Both the position numbers and the translations under genes were made by a program. 64,000 nt of DNA from Malacoraja senta. Taxonomy: Eukaryota. The stretch covers positions 18,168,001-18,232,000 of the forward strand of contig CM075989.1 of the NCBI GenBank assembly GCA_038087875.1, read 5' to 3'. The notes beneath the pieces are model-generated. The model worked only from the letters and a program-made list of their open reading frames with translations, was not told where the DNA came from and searched no databases. Below are positions 23,504-36,836 of the stretch, in pieces (within the stretch, counting starts at the first letter, position 1; the number at the start of each line of letters is the position of its first letter).

Positions 23504-25494
23504 GTCCCTAAGTGTGCAGGGTAGTGCTTGTGTAACGGGATCACTGGTCGGTGTGGACTCGGTGGGCCGAAGGGCCTGTTTCCGTGCTGTATCTGTATCT
23601 CTAAACTAATTTAAATCAATGTTAAAAACAAAAGACATGAATGTTTGGCAATTCTTTAATTTTCCTACATATGAAAAAAATGCAAAATGAGTTTTCCTTG
23701 TCCAATTCAGGCAGAATTCAGTTAAGCAAAAATATCTGGTGTTTAAGACTTTTACAAATAAAAATTACCATTTAAAATTGTTGGCCGGATAAATAATCGG
23801 TGCACACAATTTAAAAAAAAACACTTCTTGCTTCCACCTTAAGTTAAAGCATAACTGATCCAAATGTATTTTTAATTGCAGAATTTAAATACTTGTGAAG
23901 GGGGGGAGAGACTTAGACTTGCAGGCAGGAAAGCCTTTGTTTCGCTGTCTGGAAGCAACATAATTTGATGCTAGGTTGCCACTTTGACAGGCTAATGTGT
24001 GCAGGGTCAGAGTGTAGCTTGACTCGGTGTTTGGCCTGGCTCCAGCAGTTGGGAGACAGCAGGGTCGGGAATGATGAACAGTCCGTTCTGTTTGTTTGTG
24101 TTGATGCCGTATTACTGAACCAGCTCGGGGGGGGGGGGGGGGGGGGGGGTTATATCAAGTGTTTATGTAACAATTTACACAACACTTCGACTTTCTGCAC
24201 TTTTATAGTAATAAACGGTTTCAAGTGCGAATTTTAGGAGCACGATCTAAATCTTTTATTTGAAGAACAGTAGGGATCAGAGCAACAAATGTAAAATACT
24301 ACACATTTGTTGCAAAGACTGCCTGATGCAGTCTTATCCTGGAAAACATAATCTTTTTGCAATAAAAATGGTGCTGTTTCAGCACCTTCCATTTTGATTC
24401 TAATCAGTAAGAATAGATCATCAAATTAAACAACAATCCCTTCCTCAAGTCCAAATGCAGCCACGGAGAGCCCAGGCACTTTGTTCGATAATCCAACTGA
24501 GTGCTGCAGGTGGGAGTTCCTGATTTACTGCAGGAATTCCCACTCGGAACGCTGGGAGCAGCCTCAGAACAAAGCGCCACTGTCAAAGAGCAGCTCTCAA
24601 CTGGGGTTTACATCCCAACACGGGACATTAGCCGAGGATGACATTTCACAAAATCTTTCTGTCTCGCAACTGTTTACGCGCAAGCTGACATTCCTTCTCT
24701 TCGCACCATCAACAGTTCTGTGAGGGCATCTTCCTCTTCATCCCCGGCCCCCTCGCGGATACCGACCTCCCCACCATCGAGGGGGATCTACAGGAGGAGG
24801 AGCAGCTGCCAGCATCGTCAAGGACCCACACCACCCTGGCCACGCTCTCATCTCACTCCTCCTGCACATGGGGAAGAAGGTGCAGGAGAATGCAAACCAT
24901 GACCTCCAGGTTCAGGAGCAGATTCTCTCCAACAACCATCGTGGTCCTGAACACTCCAAACACCAAGTCAACTTCGAGCTCTGAACTGTCGTGGTCGTAT
25001 ATGTTTGATTTTGAACTATATTGGTTATTGTTTATTATTTTATCTATTGAGTATTGTGTTAACAAACCGTTATGCTGCTGCAAGTAAGAATTTCATTGTT
25101 ACTTTTTGCTGCGTAGAACAATTAAACACTCTTGACTCTGACACTGGACACTCTATCTCCCACTGCTCATTCCAAGATGGGACACATTACTTCTCCGTTT
25201 ACACGGGCTCTTTATACCCACTGCTCCCTCAGAGGTACATCATCACATTTCTTGCAGCCTGTGTGGTTTGTTTCCTATCCTTTACCTTGACTTTAGACTT
25301 TACTTTAGACTCGAGATTTTAGAGATAGATTGCGGAAACCGGCCCTTCGTCCACCGATCCTGCTCCGACCAGCAATCACACCATACACTAGCACTATCCT
25401 TCACACCAGTGACTATTTTTTTTTCCAACATGTGAAAAAAAGCCTATGAAGTCTACTCCCCATTCAATCAGCTGGAGAGTGCATGCTTTATTTT

Positions 25495-25781
25495 TGAGAT
25501 AGAGAGTGGAAACAGGCCCTTCGGCCCACCGAGTCAGCCCCGACCAACAATCACCCGTACAATAATACTATCATACAAACTAGGGGCAATTTACAGAAGC
25601 CAATTAACCTACAAACCTGTACGTCTTTGGAGTGTGGGAGGAAACCGGAGCACCCGGAGAAAACCCACGTGGTCACAGGGAGAACGTACAAACTCCGTAC
25701 AGAAAGCAACCGAAGTCAGGATAGAACTCTGGTCTCTGGCGCTGCAAGGCAGCAACTCTACCGCTGCGCCACCGTGCCACC
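25495..25781 (-). mobile_element. HE1-like V-SINE
   Basis: Reverse complement of the SINE family. Confidence 0.85.
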
Positions 25782-26209
25782 TGTTTGAATCTTGGGAACA
25801 CCGATTACTAAACCAGATAGTTACGGTAGGTTTACCGTGTACAGCAAAACTGCCCAAAAAAATAAGAGCAGAGCACTTGATGTAGTGCAGGGAAGTTTAT
25901 CACCTTGGCCAACTTTAGGATGGTGGCTCCATACACTCAGAGTCTAAAGAAGGGTCACCTATTCCTTTACTGCAGAGATGCTGCCTGACCCTCTGAGTTA
26001 CTCCAGCATTGTGTGTCCGTCTCAGTTCCACAACGCATTTAGGGTTCCTCTCTTGCGTGACAAATCTGTGGCTATGGAGACTCTCATTTGTCAGATCAAT
26101 AAAACCATTGTGTAGAGTTTCTCTGCACTCCTCGCTGTTACAGACTGGACACAGCTCTGAGGATATGTCGATGGAATTCCAAGCACGGGCCACAATGATC
26201 TAGCAGTGA

Positions 26210-26538
26210 GGGGCGGCATGGTGGCGCAACACTAGAGTTGCTGCCTTGCAGCGCTTGCACAGCGCAGAGACCAGGGTTCGATCCCGACTACGGGTGCTGT
26301 CTGTATGGAGTTTGTACGTTCTCCACCTGACAGCATGGTTTTTCTCTGAGATCTTCGGTTTCCTCCCACACTCCAAAGATGTACAGGATTGTAGGTTAAT
26401 TGGCTTGGATTTGTACACTTGGTATAAGTGTAGATTTTCCCTAGTATGTGTAGGATAGTGTTAATGTGCGGGGATCGCTGGTCGGCGCGGACTCGCTGGG
26501 CCGAAGGGTCTGTTTCCGCGCTGTATCTCTGAACTAAA
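26210..26538 (+). mobile_element. HE1-like V-SINE (variant with extra bases in the tRNA-like head)
   Basis: B box GGTTCGATCC, central block and tail present. Confidence 0.85.
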
Positions 26539-27062
26539 CAGTGCCTCAATGTAAAGCTCCATTCCACTCATTCAGCACCAGTGTTGATGAAAGTCCATGA
26601 GTTGCCCTTTTAATTAGTGTGGGTGTCAGGGGTTATGGGGCGAAGGCAGGAGAATGGGATTGAGAGGGAAAAATAGATCAGCCATGACTGAATGGCGGAG
26701 TAGACTTGATGGGCCGAATGGCCTAATTCTGCTCCTTTTACTTATGAACATATGAACTCTCCAGGATGGAGAGCAAAACAGAAAAAGAAAATAAATTATT
26801 TTGACAAAATGCTGGTTTGTTAAAATAAATGAAAAACAGGCAGGAGTTCAGAGGGGAATTAAAATGAATTTAAGAGGCAAAGCGAAAATATGTGAAAAGA
26901 ATGAAAGCAAACATAGAAGGATATTCTAAACATATTCTGCAGGCATGTAAACAGGAAAACAAATTATTAATGAAGAGTTGTGGCTGATCAGAGACTCACA
27001 AACAAATCTACTCATGGAGACACAGGCCGTGAGTCTGGGAAAATAAGATAGGAGATTAAAGG

Positions 27063-27716
27063 TTCCAGTTTAAATCACTCCATGGACCCTCAAGAAAAGA
27101 GAAATATGAAAATTGGATCTTACATTGAAGATCATGTTGTCACTACACACTCACATTAAAAATAGCCGCGTAGGGACCCTGAATATTATCTACCCGATTC
27201 ACAAAAACATGTGAGGAAAGGAACTGCAGATGCTGGTTTATATCGAAGATAGACAAAGTGCTGGAGTAACTCAGCGGGTCAGGCAGCACCTCTGGAGAAA
27301 AATGATGGGTGATGTTTCGAGTCGGGACTCTTTTTCAGACTCTGAAGAAGGGTCCCCACCTGAATGTCACCCACCCTTTTTCTCTTTGTGTCTATCTTCA
27401 CAAAATTATGTCTGAGGTGTAATTACCACGTAATGAGACTTTTCAACGGATCCCCTGGTTCGAAAATAAACATTTTATTTTTCTGCCTACAATTCTTGAT
27501 CGCACTGACCATGGTTCCGAATGAGACTAAATCAAAGTGAATGATACCATGAAGTACAACTTCATAAACCTCTACTATAAATCAGTTAGAAGATGTGCAC
27601 ATTGGTACGTCAGTTATCGGTCAGGATAACTTTGGAACATAGAAATCAATGACCCAGTTAAGGTCCGAAGAGTTTATCTGAGATGTGTTTCTGATGTTTG
27701 GAGGTAATTCACAAAT
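27063..27716 (+). repeat. Old local duplication, copy 1
   Basis: Collinear with 28264-29109 (e.g. ATCTGAGATGTGTTTCTGATGTT.GGAGGTAATTCACAAAT in both); carries a private PLE insertion at ~27207-27396. Confidence 0.85.
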
Positions 27717-27911
27717 GCACCATGGAAGAAGATGCAGATGAAGTCTCAGCAATGGCTCAATGAGGAAGATACACTCAAAGTCCTGGAGTAACTCAGCGGG
27801 TCAAGCAGCATCTCGGGAGTAAAAGGATGGCTGTTGTTTCCGGTCGGGGCCCTTCTTCAGACTAGTCTGGACCAGACCAGTACCGTCTATTCCCAGTCCA
27901 GAGCTTTGCAC

Positions 27912-28160
27912 TGGGAATGTAAGTGGGAACTGGTGGGAGCGCTGGAGGGAATGCTGATGGGAACACTGGAAAGGACACTGGCAAGGACGTTGGCGGGAAT
28001 GCTGCTGGGAATGCTGCTGGGAATACTGGCAGGAATTGTGATGGGAGCACTGGAAGGAACGTTGGCAGGAATAGTGTTGGAAGTGCGGATGGGAATACTG
28101 GTGGGAATACTGGTGGGAATGCTGGTGGGAATACTGGCGGTAATAGTGATGGAACACTGG
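27912..28160. repeat. 12-bp minisatellite (~CTGGTGGGAATR, ~20 copies)
   Basis: Directly visible; produces GNTG/GNAG and FPPV/QYSH periodic pseudo-ORFs. Confidence 0.9.
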
Positions 28161-28263
28161 TGTTCCCAAACTGGAAAGAATGTTTTTGAAAGTTAGCCTC
28201 GTGCCTCATCATCATCAGTTATCCTTTCCCACCTGGGAGAGTCGGGCAATAGAATGTAAACCA

Positions 28264-29109
28264 TTCCAGTTTATATCTCTCCACGGACTATCAAGAAAGG
28301 ACAAATATGAAAATTGGATTTTACATTGAAACATCGTGTTGTCACTAAACACACACTGGTGCACTCATGTAGAGGCGACACAAACTGACCCTGAATATTA
28401 TCCAGCAGATACACAAAATTACAGTAATGTTTCTGCTGAGATGTAATTACCATGTAATGAGACTTTTCACCACGTTAACTAGCTCCTATTATTGAAACTG
28501 AAAGGTTTTATTTTCTCTGCTAACAAGTCTTGATCATCCAGATTGTGATTCCAAAATGAGACTAAATCAAAGTGAATATCTTGATCTACAACTTTGCAAA
28601 CCTCTACTACAGACCACAGTTAGAAGTGTGGGCACTGAACACACTGCACGTCAGTAAAGGGCCTGTCCCACTGTACGAGGTAATTCAAGAGCTCTCCCGA
28701 GTTTTCCCCTGATTCGAACTCGGAGAATGTCCGTAGCGAGTCCGTAGGAGTTCGTGGATGTCTCGTAGCGGCTCGTACGAGTACAAAGTAACCATTTTTT
28801 TCATCACGAGTATTTTTTTACTCGTGGACATTTTTCGCAGTGTTGAAAAAACGTCACGAGTTTACCAGATTTCGCGAGTACCTACCGTTACTCGTACGAG
28901 CCGCTACGGGACATCCACGAACTCCTACGGACATTCTCCGAGTTGGAATCAGTGGGAAAACTCGGGAGAGTTCTCTTGAATTACCTCGTACAGTGGGACA
29001 GGCCCTTTATTGGTTGGGATAACCTTGTAACAAAGAAATCGATGACCTGGTTAAGATCTGAAGAGTTCATCTGAGATGTGTTTCTGATGTTAGGAGGTAA
29101 TTCACAAAT
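28264..29109 (+). repeat. Old local duplication, copy 2
   Basis: Collinear with 27063-27716; carries a private MITE at 28658-29006. Confidence 0.85.
28658..29006. mobile_element. PIF/Harbinger-type MITE (internal type B)
   Basis: Long TIRs starting AGGGCCTGTCCCACTGTACGAGGTAATTCAAGAG; flanks TAA/TTA; empty site CAG-TTA-TCGG at 27611-27620 in the paralogous copy. Confidence 0.9.
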
Positions 29110-29769
29110 TGCTAATTTGCCATCTAAGTGGCAGCAATTACTGTCAAGCTTGCTTCTATAAATGGGTTATTAAATGAAATGGGTATATGCGCCAGTGTAA
29201 ATGGGACGTTTGGCAATAATTACTGTTCTAATATGATTTCCTGATTTTGGAAATTAAATATGTGGCAAAGTCTAAAATCCAGCCAAGCGGGGATATTTAC
29301 TGGGGAAAACGAAGGCAGTCTGATGAACTTAGAATCACAGCGTAGACTATCTATGGGTGCTTTGTCAAGCTTGGCTTGATCCTGCAAGTTATCCTGGCTA
29401 ACAAGATTGATGGCGACATCTACAATTACCACAGATGAGATAGTTTGCTTTGCAGTTTACAAGGCAAGCAAAGCACAAACTTATCTGGTGTATTACTCTT
29501 GCTGAATGAGTAATACCGTGTTGCTTCACAGACTGAGTGCACAATACCCAATTCTGATTTCACTCTGCAGAAATTAAACTGGTAAACAACATTCAACATG
29601 CTTTGTTTAAGAAGGAACTGCAGATGCTGGAAAATCGAAGGTAGACAAAAATGCTGGAGAAACTCAGCGGGTGCAGCAGCATCTATGGAGCGAAGGAAAT
29701 AGGCAACGTTTCGGGCCGAAACCCTTCTCCTAAAATTTCATGCTTGTGCTGTGGTTAAACAGGTTATTC

Positions 29770-30193
29770 CCACCAGAAGATTATCGGCTGCCCTCTCCTC
29801 ACCTTGGAGGACCTACACAGTTCCCACTGTCTCAAAAAATCCCAGAACATCATAAAGGACATTTTCCCACCTGTTTGAACTGTTGCCGTCAGGCAGACGG
29901 TACAGATCAATGAGGACATGGACAAACAGACTCAAAAACAGTTTTTATCCCACAGCAATAACTACACTTAATGTAGCCACCAAATGAGTGCAGGTGTGCT
30001 ACACACCAAAGGGACTGGGAAATCGACAGAAGAATGTTTTTTTTCATATTATTTATTTTAGTTGTTTATTTTAGAATTTTGCTTTTAGAAAATGTGTGAA
30101 TGGTGCACTGGCTGGTTGGCATTTGTAATTTCGTTGTACATGTTTACATGTTATAATGACAATAAAGTATTCATTCATTCATTCATTCATTCA
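29770..30193 (+). mobile_element. Rex1/Babar-like LINE 3' end
   Basis: KIIGCPLLTLEDLHSSHCLKK...LFELLPSGRRYRSMRTWTNRLKNSFYP; AATAAAG and (TTCA)n tail. Confidence 0.8.
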
Positions 30194-30228
30194 TGTTTAC
30201 ACTCTTTTGTTTTTTTCTGCATTACAGA

Positions 30229-30523
30229 GGGCGGCACGGTGGCACAGCGGTAGAGTTGCTGCCTTACTGGTCCAGGGACCCTGGTTTGATCCTGACTACG
30301 GGTGCTGTCTGTACGGAATTTGTACCTTCTCCTTGTGACCTGCGTGGGTTTTTTCCGGGTGCTCTGGTTTCCCACATTTCACACAAAGATGTGTGGTTAA
30401 CTTGTAAATTGTCCCTAGTGTGAAGGATAGTAGTGTTAGTGTACGGGGTGGTCGCTGGTCGGCATGGACTCGGTGGGCCGAAGGGGCCTGTTTTCGCACT
30501 CTATCTCTAAACTAAACAAAACT
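30229..30523 (+). mobile_element. HE1-like V-SINE
   Basis: Matches the SINE family. Confidence 0.85.
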
Positions 30524-31404
30524 AGACGAGGCTTGTAAGATGAGATGACTCGTTTCCAGGCTTGGATAACTCACTCTTACTTCACACAAGGGCAGATGAA
30601 GCAATCCAACGGTGAATAACTCCTGAAGTTCTTTCTCCTTTGCAAACACCTTTCCTTCCTTATTGTACAGAAATCCCCTTGTTTTGTCACTGTGTAGTAT
30701 GCTTGTGAAATACGCCTTCTATTTGCTTGCAGAACTTACACGCTCCATAGCCTTGCCTGAAAACACCGAGATCAGAGTGTCAGCTCTTTGACTGTTTTCT
30801 TTTCCATTTTCAACAATATTCTCAAGAGTTCGCTTTTTTCTCTGAAAATAAATCTCATTTCTTGCTGGAATACATATTCCACAGGGAGCACGCTGCTGGC
30901 ACTGTGGCCCATAGCTACTCTTCTGTAGGAGCCCAGAATGTGAGTTCACAGCTAAATCAACTGCTGGGAAAGCACTGCTTGCCCAAGCTCCAGAAATGCT
31001 ACTTTAACCCCGTGTGGCTCAATAGCAGTGCTTTTTAGTTTAGTTTTTTTATGGTTTTAGTTTAGTACATTGTCACGTGCAGCGAGGTACAGTGAAAAGC
31101 TTTTGTGAGTGCAATCCAGTCAGCGGAAAGACAATACATGATTACAACCGGGCCATTTACAGTGTATAGATACATGATAAGGGAATAACATCTAGCGCAA
31201 GGTAAAGCCAACAAAGTCCGATCAAGGATAGTCCGTGGGTCATCAATGAGGTAGATAGTAGTTCAGCACTGCTCTCTAGTTGTGGTAGGATGATTCGGTT
31301 GCCTGATAACAGCTGGGAAGAAACTGTCCCTGAATCTCGAGGTGTGCGTTTTCACACTTTGTGCAGTACTATGTTTAAAGTTTAGAGATACAGCATGGAA
31401 ACAG

Positions 31405-31498
31405 AAGATAGACACAAAAAGCTGGAGTAACTCAGCGGGACAGGCAGCATCTCTGGAGAGAAGGAATGCGTGACGTTTCGGGTCGAGACCCTTCTTCA
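31405..31498 (-). mobile_element. PLE-derived mini-insertion with intact minimal hammerhead core
   Basis: Minus strand CTGAAGA-A-GGGTCTCGACCC-GAAA-CGTC; GAAACAG repeated at 31398-31404 and 31499-31505. Confidence 0.75.
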
Positions 31499-32464
31499 GA
31501 AACAGGCTCTTTAGACCACTAAGTCCATGCCGACCATCGACCATCCTTCCACACTTGTTCTATATTACCCCACTACGGCATCCACACCCTGCATACTAGA
31601 AGACAATTTACAGAGGGCCAATTAACGTACAAACCCGCAGGCCTTTGGGATGTGGGAAGAAACCAGAGCACCTGGAGGAAACCCACACGTTCACAGGGAG
31701 AACATGCAAACTCCACACAGACAGCATCTGAGGTCAGGATCGAACCCAGGTCTCTGGCACTGTGGGGCAGCAGCTCTACCAGCTGTTCCATCTGTTACGT
31801 AGAGTCTTTGATAACTGAAAGAAGTCTTTATAAGACTTTGGTTAGGCCTCATTTGGTGCGTTGCGTGCAGTTCTGGGCACCTCATTACAGGACGGACGTG
31901 GAGGCTTTGGAGAAGGTACAGAGGAGGTTGTTTACCAGATTGTTGACCGGATTAGAGGGTAATGTTGTTCACACATGGATTGTTTTCTCTGGGATGCCAG
32001 AGGTTGTGGGGAGACCTGATGGAAGGATAAAAATGTGGACATGAGTGAGATAAACCTGCACTTAAGGCAGTGAAGGGCCAGGATCCACAAAGGATGATCC
32101 ATTTGGCCGTGAGAAATAAAAATAATTCAGAAGATTCTCAGCAAGTTACCAAGGATTCGCTCTCCTTTGAACTTTAACTCGGGTGATTATTTTATGGTTG
32201 GTGAACTCTTAACCAACTAGAATATAGTCCATAGAACATAGAAGAGTACAGCACAGGAACAGGCTCTTCAGCCCACTATGTCTGTGCCGTACATGATGCT
32301 TAGACCATCTCTTATCTACCTGCACATAATCCATATCCCTCCATTCCCTGTGTATCCGTGTGCCTATCCTCAAGTCTCTGAAACGCCACTATAGTATCTG
32401 CATCAACCACCAGCCCAGGCAGCAACTTCCAGGCACTCACCACCCTCTGGGTAAAAAAGTTCAG

Positions 32465-32785
32465 GTAAAAGGTATAGAAGTGTGAAAACGCACACCTCCA
32501 ATTCAGGGAGAGTTTCTTCCCAGCTGTTACCAGGCAACTGAATCATCCCACCACAACTAGAGAGCAGTGCTGAACTACTATCTACCTCTTTGGTGACCCT
32601 TGGACTATCCTTGATTGGACTTTGCAGGCGTTACCCTGTGCTAAACGTAATTCCCTCATCATGAATCTGTACACTGTAAATGGCTCGTTGTAAACATGTA
32701 TTGTCTTTCTGCTGACGGGTTAGCACGCAACAAAAGCTTTTCACTCTACCTCGTCACACGTATCAATAAACTAAACTGAACTAAA
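32465..32785 (+). mobile_element. Rex1/Babar-like LINE 3' end nested in a CR1 fragment
   Basis: Same tail family as 4701-5203; the minus-strand CR1-like host (~32230-32910) resumes after it. Confidence 0.75.
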
Positions 32786-34597
32786 CCAAGTTGCCCCGCA
32801 CATCTCTTTTAAACTTTGCCCCTCTCACCTTAAAGCTATGCCCTCTAGGATTTGATTTCCCACCTGCGAAAAAGATTCTGACCGCTTATCCTATCCATGC
32901 CTCTCATAAATTCATATTCAATATATGACATATGGCACTATATAAAATACTAATTCAGCTATTCATTTATCTGCGTCAGTGTTTTGGAAATAAATGAGCT
33001 CTTAATAACTTTACTAATAATGTTAGATTAAACACCCCACATTAATAGAAAATCCAAAATAATTGCAAATTAGTCACCAGTCGTCATAACCCATATAAAG
33101 GACAGCAGCTTTCAAGAGCTAAGATTAATTGTGATCAATTAATTGAAAATCTATTACCTTGGAACTTATAATTGCATGTACTAAATGAAAGATGCCCATG
33201 TTATACCTATCCATTGCTTTTACAATTTATTTCAACTGTCATTTGTGTCAGTTTTTCCAAACTTGTCAGATTCATTTATTTCCCCGTTAGATTTTTTTTA
33301 GCTGCACTTGCAATTATGTATTTTTTAAAATAAAAAATAGAACCGTAGGACCAGGAACAGGCCTGTCTCCCACAATGTCTGTGCCAAACACAATGTGCCA
33401 AAATAAGCTAATCCCCCCCTGCCGGCACCTGATCCATTTCCCTCCATTCCTTGCGTATCCATGTGCCTATCTAAAGGCCTCTTAAATGGCACTATCGTAT
33501 CAGCCTGCCACCACCCTCTGTGTAAAAAGCACTTGTCCTGCACGTCACGGTTACATTTTACCCCTCTTATCTGAAAGCTATGCCCTCTAGTCCTTGACAT
33601 TTCCACCCTGGGGAAAAAAATGTCTTCCAGTCAGCAATGCAACTTGCCTGTTTACCATTTTACCAAAATTTACCATTTTGTTTCTCCGTATTGGTTTGGT
33701 TTCTCCCTCCAGGGCAATTGGAGCTGTGCCCTCTACTGTATCAGGGAAACATTTATATTTCTATTGAAGGAAATGTCCCCTTTTTAAAACACCAGAGCCA
33801 AACACAGAGTGCAGGGAAACTCAGCACACACGTGGGTGATGAGAATATCGGGTGGATTTTCAGGACGGTTGAATGTGGAATTCTGTATGAGTTTTATGAC
33901 AAGTGGTGCTATCTGTATGGAGTTTGTGCGTTCTCCCCGTGACCTGTGTGGGTTTTCTCCGGGAGCTCTGGCTTCCTCCCACACTCCAAAGACGTACAGG
34001 TTTGTAGGTTGGTTGGCTTGGTAAAATTGTAAATAGTTCATGGTGTGTGTAGGATAGTGTTAATGTACGGGGATCGCAGGTCGGTGCAGGGCCTGGTTCC
34101 GCACTGTATCACTAAACTAAAAACGTAGACTCTCATTTATTTTATTGGTTGCTTTGGAACAATCTCTTTTACACACATCGAATGGTCCCCACCCTGTTCC
34201 ATTTGCTGTTCTCATCTTGAATTTTAGATTCTGTCGCTCTATTCAATTTGTAATATTTCCATTGCTCAGAATTCAGTTTTTTTTTCTGTGACTGCAGTGT
34301 CTCTAAATATCCTTTGTTAATCTCCTCCATTTCAATCTGGCTGGTTTAAGAATCGTTTTGTGTACTCTTTCTAGGTACTTTGGTAGCAGATGCGTGGCTA
34401 CGGTTGATAATTCACCAACAGGCACAATAAACAGACGGTGGTTAGTGCTCGAGCAACTTGCTTTTGGAAGGGTGGACACACTAGTGGGGGAGAGGCTGTG
34501 TTGAAATCCCAGACTTACTTGGGCATTACTTCCTTTGTTATCAACAGGACAGATCTTTACGTTATAAAAGTTGTATTCACCCTTCAGCTGGAAATAG

Positions 34598-34933
34598 TTC
34601 TCCCATCGGGCAAGAGGTGCAGAAGTGTGACAACGCACACCTCCAGATTCAGGGACTGTTTTCCCCCAGCTGTTATCAGGGAACTGAAGCATCCTACCAA
34701 CAACTAGAGAGCGGTCCTGAGCTACTCTCTACCTCATTTGAGACCCTCGGACAATCTTAGTTAGAACTTTATCTAATGCACAAAACATTATTGACATTAA
34801 TCCCTTTATCATGCATCTGTACACTGTGGATGACTCGATTGTAAGCATGTATTGTCTTTCTGCTGACTGGTTAGCGTGCAACAAAAGCTTTTCACCGTCC
34901 CAAGGTACACATGACAATAAACTAAACTAAACT
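34598..34933 (+). mobile_element. Rex1/Babar-like LINE 3' end
   Basis: LPSGKRCRSVTTHTSRFRDCFPPAVIR plus (AAACT)n tail. Confidence 0.8.
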
Positions 34934-36619
34934 AGTTACTGAGGGTAACGGATTTACCAGTTTCCTTGCCTTTCACAAGGATAAAACATACCGAATTCTT
35001 CATTCAACTGTCTTGAAAATCATACACTTTTCTCCATCACCCATGTGTTTACTGAGTTTCCCTACACTCTGTATTTCGCTCTGGTGTTTTAAAAGGGGGA
35101 CATTCTCTTTAATTGATCCGGAGAGGTTTGTGAGGGAAAATCAGATCAGCCATGATCGAATGTGTGGGAAGGAACTGCAGATGCCAATTTACACCGAAGA
35201 TAGGCACCTACAGTAAATGCTGGAGTAACTCAGTGGGTCAGGCAGCACCTCTGGAGAAAAAGAATAGGTGATGTTTCGGGTCGAGACCCTTCTTCAGACA
35301 GAGGTCAGATGGCAGAGCAAATAAGATGAGCAGAATGGCTGAATTCTGCTCCTGTGTTCCATGAACACGAATATTTGGCAGGTGGCATGGAATTGTTATG
35401 TGCTTAAAATGCAATTTTTCAAATAAAATGATCATTCATGAATTTACAGTAACAAATCTCTCAAAACAATTCAGCACAATAATGACCAAAATCACTATTT
35501 CATAATACCTATTAAAATTCTCAACAACTTCCCTCTGTGCAAACATCCCTGAAAGGGAATTCTCCACATGAACCCAGTGAACTACTCAACCTCCGGTCCC
35601 CACTTTGCCCTCCCTCATTCCTCTGTTGTCAGAACCATCACGTTTTGCCCACCCACCTGATTGCCGGAGAAAAGCTGAACCAGGCAATTCCAAACTGGCT
35701 TAGTGTTGGGAAAAGTAAGGAAAACTGGAAAAATCATTGTGAATGTCCCTCAGGGGCCTCCCCCACCCTAGTTGAATCAGTTTCACTGTTGTCCTGTTGA
35801 GTTCCACTGTCTGTATAACTCGTTATCACCTAGCCCACAGCCTACAATGGACCATTGTGGGCTCCACCTTTCCTTGATCATTGGTACTTTTTGCATATCT
35901 TTCGTTCATTAGTTCTATCTCTCTTCCAGGCCGTCAAAGCTGCCACAGCCAGACACAAAAACAGCTTTTTTCCCTACTCAATAACCAAAAATCTGTAGCC
36001 TCCTTTTGCTCTGGTATTTTATGTAATTCACATGTTTAATCGATAATGTTTTATTGTTAATGTTTAATGTTTTACGTGTCATTCCCAACTGTCACTGTAT
36101 GTCATGTTGTCACTTGTGGGCAGAGCACCAAGGCAAATTCCTTGTATGTGAATACTTGGCCAATAAATTATTCATAAACGTATTCATTCATTCATACGTA
36201 TCATCGTCTATATCACTCGTTTCTCTCCCCACTGATTCTCAGTATGACGAAGGGTCTCGACCCAAAACGTCACCTATTCCTTTTCCCCAGAGATGCTGCT
36301 TGACCCGCTGAGTTACTTAAGCTTTTTCTCCAAATTTATCTCCAAATTTATGGATATCAATTCTATTCCTTAGCAATGAATTTATTCAAAAGGCATTGTT
36401 ATCCATTATCCGCCTTATTTTTGCTAATCTAATTCCTTTGATCTGCAACTCAAAAGGCAAAGTACTGCACATGGAGTCATAGACTCACAGAGCGTGGAAA
36501 CTGGCTCTTCATCCCAACTTGCCTACGACGACCAACATGCCCCATCTACACTTGTCCCACCTGCCTATGTTTAACCCTCTAAACCTGTCAATGTACCTGC
36601 CCAAATATCTCTTAAACAT

Positions 36620-36836
36620 TATAATAATAATAATAATAATACATTTTATTTATATAGCACTTTTCAAGGACTCAAAGTTGCTTTACATTGAGAGTAAAAA
36701 AATAAAATAAAAAATAGAGCAGTAAGACAGAGATGCAAAGGGGAGGGGGACATGGGACTAAGGGTATGCAGAGGTGAAGAGATGGGTCTTGAGGCGGGAC
36801 TGGAAGATGGTGAGGGACTCAGAATTTCGGATCAGT
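36620..36836 (-). mobile_element. L2-like LINE 3' end
   Basis: Minus strand ends TGTAAAGCAACTTTGAGTCCTTGAAAAAGTGCTATATAAATAAAATG(TAT)n, the typical L2 tail. Confidence 0.75.

Noticed and set aside
27801..28215. Gly/Asn-rich and hydrophobic repeat ORFs
   Set aside because: 12-bp minisatellite open in four frames; no splice or homology support.
29118..29133. CTCF site
   Set aside because: Has an extra base relative to the core spacing; cannot be supported without a PWM scan.
34375..34556. Exon candidates on both strands near 34.4-34.55 kb
   Set aside because: Each lacks one good splice site and the peptides are unrecognisable.
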